A DNA stretch of 64,000 nucleotides from an uncultured archaeon (GTDB lineage: Archaea; Iainarchaeota; Iainarchaeia; Iainarchaeales; 1-14-0-10-31-34), in the NCBI GenBank assembly GCA_964608675.1, contig CAZSOZ010000004.1, positions 31,226-95,225 of the forward strand, read 5' to 3'. Positions 58,354 to 64,000 of this stretch are shown here, one piece after another (the stretch's first letter is position 1; each line of letters begins with the position of its first letter). The notes beneath the pieces are model-generated. The model saw only the letters and a list, made by a program, of their open reading frames with translations. It was not told the DNA's origin and made no database searches. A program made the translations under genes and the position numbers.

Positions 58354-58758
58354 ATGGAACAGACAGTGTGGTTTTATGTAGGCGTGCTTGCAACCTTTAT
58401 TGCTCTTGCAGGCATTGCTTCTGTTTTTCTTTTGAATGTAGATGAAAAAAAGGAAGCAGAATTGAATACTGCAATACAAAAATTCAAGCAAAAAGCTTCT
58501 TTTGTATGCAGTTCTGATGAACAAACTTTAATTAGTGAAATGATTTTAATTCCAAGCGGTTCCAGTTTTTTTTCTCAGGAAAATTCTATTTGTTTTGTTT
58601 TTAATAAAGAAAAAAAATGTGAATTAATTAATTGTCCTGTTTTAATGGAGGAATTAAATTTAACTGACGAAAAAATAATTAAAACTTATGATTTTCATGA
58701 ATTTTCTTGTTATTTTGAGAAATCAAGGGAGGGTGTAATAATTGAATGCCGCGGCTAG
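58354..58758 (+). CDS. Pilin-like protein.
   Basis: N-terminus MEQTVWFYVGVLATFIALAGIASVFLL. Confidence 0.35.
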   Translation: MEQTVWFYVGVLATFIALAGIASVFLLNVDEKKEAELNTAIQKFKQKASFVCSSDEQTLISEMILIPSGSSFFSQENSICFVFNKEKKCELINCPVLMEELNLTDEKIIKTYDFHEFSCYFEKSREGVIIECRG

Positions 58759-59137
58759 TTCTTCCGGAGAACTAATTTTGTGGTTTGGAACCTTTCTTGC
58801 AGTATTAATTCTTGCTTTTTTTTATTTGGATTCTTTTTCTTTTTTTAGCAGGCCTTTTGAAATGGTTTCTCAGGATGTTGATGGAATTGTTTCTTTATCC
58901 AATGAAGCATGCAGTGTTTTTGAGTTTTCTGCTTTATATAATCCTGTTGTAGAAGAGGGAATTTTTTTTGTTGATGACAAAAATGTTTGCATTATTTCTG
59001 ATGAAATTCAGTTATGCAAAAACACTTTATGCAGTTTTGTTGAAAAAAAAGAATTTAATTTAAAGAAAGTAAAATTTTTGAATATTTTAAAAGAAAAAAA
59101 TTCAGAGGGAATTAATGTTGAAGCAGAAAATATTTAA
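58742..59137 (+). CDS. Pilin-like protein.
   Basis: N-terminus ...SSGELILWFGTFLAVLILAFF. Confidence 0.35.
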   Translation: MNAAASSSGELILWFGTFLAVLILAFFYLDSFSFFSRPFEMVSQDVDGIVSLSNEACSVFEFSALYNPVVEEGIFFVDDKNVCIISDEIQLCKNTLCSFVEKKEFNLKKVKFLNILKEKNSEGINVEAENI

Positions 59138-59531
59138 TGAAAAAGGAATTTATTCAGTTACCACTAATTTTATGTTGATTGTAATTTTGGTTGTTTCTTT
59201 TTTGTTTTTGATTTCTTTTGGAGCAGAATCTTTTTCAAGGCAGAAAGAATTTTCTGAATCTTCTGATTATTTAAAGGAATCATTTTCTTTAAAAGAACAG
59301 GTTGTTTTGTGTACAGGAAAATTAACTCATGAAAAACTAAATGAATTTGAAGAAGATGTTTGTTTGAATGAAAAAATTAAGGGCTTTAAAATAGAATCCC
59401 TTGATTTTTTTGACTGCAAAAAAGAAGAATGGTTTTTTGGAGAAAACGATTCCTGTAATAAAAAAATTTCTTTTTATTTGAATATTTATGAAAAAAAAAC
59501 TTGTTTGGGGAGAATTATTTTATGTATTTAA
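59115..59531 (+). CDS. Pilin-like protein with a class-III-like signal peptide.
   Basis: MLKQKIFNEKG|IYSVTTNFMLIVILVV. Confidence 0.35.
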   Translation: MLKQKIFNEKGIYSVTTNFMLIVILVVSFLFLISFGAESFSRQKEFSESSDYLKESFSLKEQVVLCTGKLTHEKLNEFEEDVCLNEKIKGFKIESLDFFDCKKEEWFFGENDSCNKKISFYLNIYEKKTCLGRIILCI

Positions 59532-59540
59532 GGTGATTTA

Positions 59541-62045
59541 ATGAGTGCGGTTTCAAATGTTTTTTCTGCAGTAATAATTTCTGTTTTAGTGCTTTTTGCG
59601 GTTTTAGTGGTGCAAATAAATGAAGCTGATTATTTTGCTTCACAGTTTAAGTCTAATGAAACCTCTTTTTTTCAGAAGAAAGCTGAATCTGATTTGGATG
59701 CTGTTTTATTTGTCTCTGAACCAAATTCAAATCTTTCTTTAATTGAATTGATTTCAAGCATGGTTTATTACAGAAAAAAAAATTTTGATTTTGGAGAAGA
59801 CAGGTATTTTAATGCAGATAAAACTGTTGAAAGCGTTTTTGATTCTGTTTTTGGAAAAGAAAATTATTTTTTGAAAGCAGAACATAAATTAAGCAGAGTT
59901 AGATTGTTTTTTTTGATTGATGGAAGCAGGTCAATGCAGGATGACGTTCAAAAAATTTCTTCGGTTTTGCCTTCTATTGAATCAATTCTTGAAAAACAGG
60001 ACGTTGAAGTGCAAACAAAAATTTTTATTGGCAAGAATGCAATTGATTGCAGTAATTTTTTTGGTTATGAATGTCAGGAAATAGATGAAGTTTTTCTTTA
60101 TCAAGGATTCCCTGAATTAGTTGGTTTGCTTGGACACGAATATGGCGGAGGCCCTTATGCTTTAAAAGGAGATTTTTATGAGGATTGGGCTTCAATGGCT
60201 TTGTTTGCTTCAGTTAATTCAGAGAAAACAAGTATTTCTGAAGGAGTAGTCACTTTGATTTTTCCTGTAAGTGATGAACTTTCAACAGGAAGTGAAGCAG
60301 ATTATTGTTATGAAAATTTTAGAAGATACGGCTTTAATTCTAAAACTGAATGCATGGTTTGCAGTACTGATTCAGGTTATGAAAGATCAAAAAAAACAAT
60401 TGATTTTGCTTTAAAGGAAATGGATTCTTTTGATTATCTTGTTTTTCCTGTTATTGTAAGTGGATGTGGGATTCCTGAAGAAATCTGGAAAACAACCGGA
60501 AGCTGTGGCAACGAAAATTGTGATGGATGCATAGTTGGAGAAGATAATACTGCTTGTTATCATCCGGAGGTTTTTAATGATTCAAGTGAATCAATTAAAG
60601 GGCACATGGAATATTTTTCAAAAGAAAAAAACGGAGAAGAAAATTTTTTTGTTGTTGATTTATCTCAAGGGTATTCAGAAGAAATTTTAAAACAACAGCT
60701 TCTTTCTGTTTTAAACAATCATGTTTTTTTTTCTTTTGAATCCGGAACATTTAAGCCTGAAGAAGAAAGAATTTCAGTTAAAAGGGTTCTTCCTTTAAGA
60801 GGAAGAACAGTTTCTGAGTTAACGTTTTGGGCTTATACTGAAAGAGAGCATTATTTTTTGGGTTCTCCTGAATCTTTTTTTGGAGATAAACCTGTTGCAG
60901 TAATTGACTTAATTAAGGATTCAAATCCTTATTTAATTTATGCTGACGGAAGCTCTTCTTTTGATCCTTCGGGAGGAGAACTTTTGTTTGAATGGAAACT
61001 TGACGGAGAATTGATTTCAACAGAAGAATCTTTTGAAAAGCTTTTTTCTGAAGGAGATGAAGGCATTCATGAATTTTATTTAACTGTAATTAATTCAGAA
61101 GAATTTGATGCTAGTGCATTAAAATCAATTTGTGTTGGCTCTGAAAGTTTTTGTGAGGAACAGGAAAAAAAGAAATTTTTTGTTGTTCCAATTGAATTTT
61201 CTTTAGAGGATTCTGTTTTTCAGGAATTTTCTGAAAGGCATTGGAATAATTTTGTTTCAAATATTTTGTGTTCTGATAAAATTGAAAAAATTTTATTGAT
61301 GCCTGATGACTTTGATTCAGGAAAAGGATGCACTTCAAATTTACTCCGTGAATGCATTCAAACTCCAAGTCAAGCACAAGAAATTTTAAATAAAATTGAT
61401 GATTGTGTTCAGCTTGCAGGCTATTCTGTTTCACAGAATGACAGAATTTTTGGGATTACTTCTCAGGATATTTCTGTAAGAATGCAGAATGGTTGTTCGA
61501 ATGCAGTTGCAGGATATACAATGGGAATAGGAACAGAAAATACAGTGTTATCTGAATACAATTTTGTTGAAACAAGCACGCATGAAATAGGGCATACTTT
61601 TGGATTGTGTGAAGAATATAGTTTGAGTTCTTGGATTGCACAAAATAAAGTCAGTTCTTTTGGTGAATGCAAGAATGATTATCCTTTGGAATGCAAAGAA
61701 TTTAATCAAGAGTTATGCGATAATGATGGAGTGTGTGATTATTATGGTTTTCCTCAAAGAAACGGAAATCCGGAAACTTGTTTAACTTGTCCTAATCCTC
61801 CTTTTGACTGTGTTTCTGCTGGAAGCTCTTGTGGAAATGAAAGATGTGATTCTGGAGAAAACGTAGGAAACTGTCCTCAGGATTGTTTTGGAATAGATTG
61901 TTTTGGAACAACTCTTTCTGATGGAATGCATTCAGTTATGGGGCCTGCGGGAATTGACGGCGAAATCGACGGATTTAATTTAATAAGTGGATATGAAGAA
62001 AAAGGAAAAGATCATATTAATGAATTAATTTGCGAGGGTAATTAA
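59541..62045 (+). CDS. Large pilin-like extracellular protein carrying a von Willebrand factor A domain and an HExxH zinc-metalloprotease-like motif.
   Basis: N-terminal hydrophobic helix. vWA MIDAS motif LFFLIDGSRSMQD. HEIGHTFGLCEE zincin motif. Very Cys-rich C-terminal part. Confidence 0.5.
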   Translation: MSAVSNVFSAVIISVLVLFAVLVVQINEADYFASQFKSNETSFFQKKAESDLDAVLFVSEPNSNLSLIELISSMVYYRKKNFDFGEDRYFNADKTVESVFDSVFGKENYFLKAEHKLSRVRLFFLIDGSRSMQDDVQKISSVLPSIESILEKQDVEVQTKIFIGKNAIDCSNFFGYECQEIDEVFLYQGFPELVGLLGHEYGGGPYALKGDFYEDWASMALFASVNSEKTSISEGVVTLIFPVSDELSTGSEADYCYENFRRYGFNSKTECMVCSTDSGYERSKKTIDFALKEMDSFDYLVFPVIVSGCGIPEEIWKTTGSCGNENCDGCIVGEDNTACYHPEVFNDSSESIKGHMEYFSKEKNGEENFFVVDLSQGYSEEILKQQLLSVLNNHVFFSFESGTFKPEEERISVKRVLPLRGRTVSELTFWAYTEREHYFLGSPESFFGDKPVAVIDLIKDSNPYLIYADGSSSFDPSGGELLFEWKLDGELISTEESFEKLFSEGDEGIHEFYLTVINSEEFDASALKSICVGSESFCEEQEKKKFFVVPIEFSLEDSVFQEFSERHWNNFVSNILCSDKIEKILLMPDDFDSGKGCTSNLLRECIQTPSQAQEILNKIDDCVQLAGYSVSQNDRIFGITSQDISVRMQNGCSNAVAGYTMGIGTENTVLSEYNFVETSTHEIGHTFGLCEEYSLSSWIAQNKVSSFGECKNDYPLECKEFNQELCDNDGVCDYYGFPQRNGNPETCLTCPNPPFDCVSAGSSCGNERCDSGENVGNCPQDCFGIDCFGTTLSDGMHSVMGPAGIDGEIDGFNLISGYEEKGKDHINELICEGN

Positions 62046-62705
62046 ATGAAAAAAATTTTGATTTTGGTTTTTTTTGTTTTGTTTGTTTCTTTTGTTTCTG
62101 CTGAAAAAATACTTGAAATGCAAATACTTTTTGAAAAATCTGGAAAAATTTCAGTTGATTCTGTAAGAATAATTCAGGGGTTTTCTGACAAAAAAAATGA
62201 ATCAGGGCAGTTTACTGTAAAATTGCTGGATGAAGAAAAAAATAAAGTTTATGAAAACAGGATTTTTGTTTCTTTTTATTCTCCTGGTTTGTTTGGTGAA
62301 TTAAATGAAGTAATGCAGACAATAAAAATTCCTTTAAGAGGAAAAGAAAAAATTGTTTTAATTGAATTTGAAGAAAAACAAGTTTTTTTTGAAGAAATTT
62401 TTGTTCTTGTATGCAACAAAAATGGAATATGCGATGAAAAAGAAACTTTTTTAGGCTGTCCTGATGACTGTCCTTTAAGCGAAAAAGATGGTTTTTGTTT
62501 GAATCAGCTTGATGGAATTTGTGATCCTGACTGCTTAAAAGGAGTTGACTCTGATTGCACTGAAAAATTTGAAGAAGACCTGAAAGACCCTGAAAAAAAA
62601 CCAGAATCTGTAAATCTTATTTTTTTGGTTTTAGTTTTAGGAGGTATTTTGATTTTGGTTTTTTTGTTTTTTTATTTAAGAATTCAGTCAAAAACAAAGC
62701 TTTAA
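62046..62705 (+). CDS. Secreted Cys-rich protein with a C-terminal TM anchor.
   Basis: Signal peptide plus a C-terminal LIFLVLVLGGILILVFLFFYLR helix. Confidence 0.35.
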   Translation: MKKILILVFFVLFVSFVSAEKILEMQILFEKSGKISVDSVRIIQGFSDKKNESGQFTVKLLDEEKNKVYENRIFVSFYSPGLFGELNEVMQTIKIPLRGKEKIVLIEFEEKQVFFEEIFVLVCNKNGICDEKETFLGCPDDCPLSEKDGFCLNQLDGICDPDCLKGVDSDCTEKFEEDLKDPEKKPESVNLIFLVLVLGGILILVFLFFYLRIQSKTKL

Positions 62706-62742
62706 TAATAAAGAAACTTTATTTATGGTAGAGGTAAATTAA

Positions 62743-64000
62743 ATGGTTTTTTCTGCAAAAGGAAATGCGTTGGTTTCAATTATTGCAGCTGTATTAATTT
62801 TAGCTACAGTTGTTGTTATGGTTTCTTATTTTTTTCCTTTTATGCCGGATAACTCGGATTCAAGCCAAAAAATACAAAATGAAACAAATTATGTAGTGAA
62901 AAAATCAATTCTTGTTTCTTTGGATGATTTCATGAGAAAAGGTTTTTCAAAAAACCCTGTTTGGTATTATAATAATCCTTCTCCTCCTCTGCTTCCTGAA
63001 TTGACTGCTGATTTGAATGAACAGCTTAACTCTGATTTGAATTCTTTTTTGGAGGAATTAACGGAAAAAAGAAATTATTTTTTTGGGGAAAACATTTTGC
63101 TTGAAGTTAAAGCTGATTTTACTGATACTTCTGAATTAAATGAAATACTTGCGGAAATTGATTCTCTTCCAGATGATTTTATAGAAATAGAATTAAATGA
63201 TTTTTTAGTCAGTTCTTTAAGCAGGGATAAAAATAAAACTCTTGATTTAAGTGAAGAAAAAATTTTTGCTTTAAGGACTTGGTTTTTGTATAAAAAAATG
63301 TTTTTTTGGACAAAAGAACTTAATTTGTCTGAAGAAGCATGCAATTCAATTGAAAAAAATAGTGTCTGTAATTTAAGTTATTGCTGGTGTGGAAACACTA
63401 CTACTGAAATGATTTCTGATTCAACTTTATTCAGGCATGCGAATTTATCTCAAATTATTTTTGATTTTAATGAAAGTATACTGGAAAATTTAGAAGAACT
63501 TAACTCTGATTTTTTTGGAACAGGGATTTCCTGTACAATTGATTATAATAACTTTTTTTCTGATTTTGTTGTTTCAAGAGAACAAAAGTGTGTAAGTGAC
63601 TGCGCGTATAATACTTGTCTTGAAGACCAGACTGAATGCGGAGAATTGTTTATCCGAAAAACTTCAAATGTATGTGCTGAATGGAAATCAACTGAAGAAT
63701 ATTTTGTGGATAATTTTAATAGAAGGCAGGTTTTAATTAAAAACAAAAACTTTTTATTGAATGAAATTGAACCAAAAAATGTTCTTGCTGACTGCGGGCA
63801 GGCTACTGTTGAAAACATTGCTCTTAATCCTGGAATTTTTTCTGTTATCAAGCTTTCTTGTTCTGATTCAAATGCTTTAATTGAAGGTTTTGAAAATGTT
63901 TCTCCTTTGAATGCAAGCATTTATTTGGCTGTTTCAGTAATTTCTGCATGTGAACCTGATTACGTGCATTTGGAAGACATGCAGGGTGGATGCCCTAATT
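62743..64000 (+). CDS. Partial CDS (no stop within the window): a large pilin-like secreted Cys-rich protein.
   Basis: ATG at 62743. N-terminus MVFSAKG|NALVSIIAAVLILATVVV is class-III-signal-like. The frame is open to the end of the window and it is not in the ORF track. Confidence 0.4.
   Translation, partial: MVFSAKGNALVSIIAAVLILATVVVMVSYFFPFMPDNSDSSQKIQNETNYVVKKSILVSLDDFMRKGFSKNPVWYYNNPSPPLLPELTADLNEQLNSDLNSFLEELTEKRNYFFGENILLEVKADFTDTSELNEILAEIDSLPDDFIEIELNDFLVSSLSRDKNKTLDLSEEKIFALRTWFLYKKMFFWTKELNLSEEACNSIEKNSVCNLSYCWCGNTTTEMISDSTLFRHANLSQIIFDFNESILENLEELNSDFFGTGISCTIDYNNFFSDFVVSREQKCVSDCAYNTCLEDQTECGELFIRKTSNVCAEWKSTEEYFVDNFNRRQVLIKNKNFLLNEIEPKNVLADCGQATVENIALNPGIFSVIKLSCSDSNALIEGFENVSPLNASIYLAVSVISACEPDYVHLEDMQGGCPN

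Noticed and set aside
1-64000. Looked for rRNA genes, a CRISPR array with cas genes, and an orc1/cdc6-associated replication origin.
   Set aside because: No long GC-rich rRNA-like stretches, no regular repeat-spacer arrays, and no Orc1/Cdc6-like gene or ORB-like elements were recognised in this window.

Overview
This is an AT-rich fragment (roughly 28-30% GC by eye) that is gene-dense and almost certainly archaeal. It has the hallmarks of a small-genome DPANN-type archaeon: the GatD/GatE transamidase, archaeal-type ProRS, an archaeal ATP-dependent DNA ligase, a Dph6-like protein, AlaX, intron-containing tRNAs, and many cysteine-rich secreted proteins with C-terminal membrane anchors. Several genes look bacterial-type (class I FBPase with class II FBA, a GAD-less bacterial-type AspRS), which fits horizontally acquired metabolism. 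Identifiable content includes an Asp/Asn aminoacylation cluster (aspS, divergent asnC-like regulator plus archaeal AsnA-like ligase, asnS) and a minus-strand operon gatE-nnrD-pgi/pmi-glk(ROK)-rpiA-purM. There are five tRNA genes: Ile-GAT, Gln-TTG, Pro-TGG with an 85-nt intron, Pro-GGG, and Trp-CCA with a 113-nt intron. An approximately 4.2 kb island next to tRNA-Ile/Gln carries a SWIM+DDE transposase interrupted by an in-frame TGA, an M.TaqI-like N6-adenine methyltransferase, a probably frameshifted partner gene, and clusters of an ACTTTTTACACA 12-mer at both ends. A DUF4258/DUF2283-like toxin-antitoxin pair is wedged between a yjbQ gene and a diverged duplicate of its 5' end. A large type-IV-pilus-like locus (53.2-64 kb) has a FlaI/TadA-like ATPase, a FlaJ/TadC-like platform, at least seven pilin-like genes, and an 834-aa pilin-like protein carrying vWA and HExxH zincin motifs. 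No rRNA and no CRISPR array were seen. All calls rest on reading motifs in the supplied translations, and none is confirmed by search.
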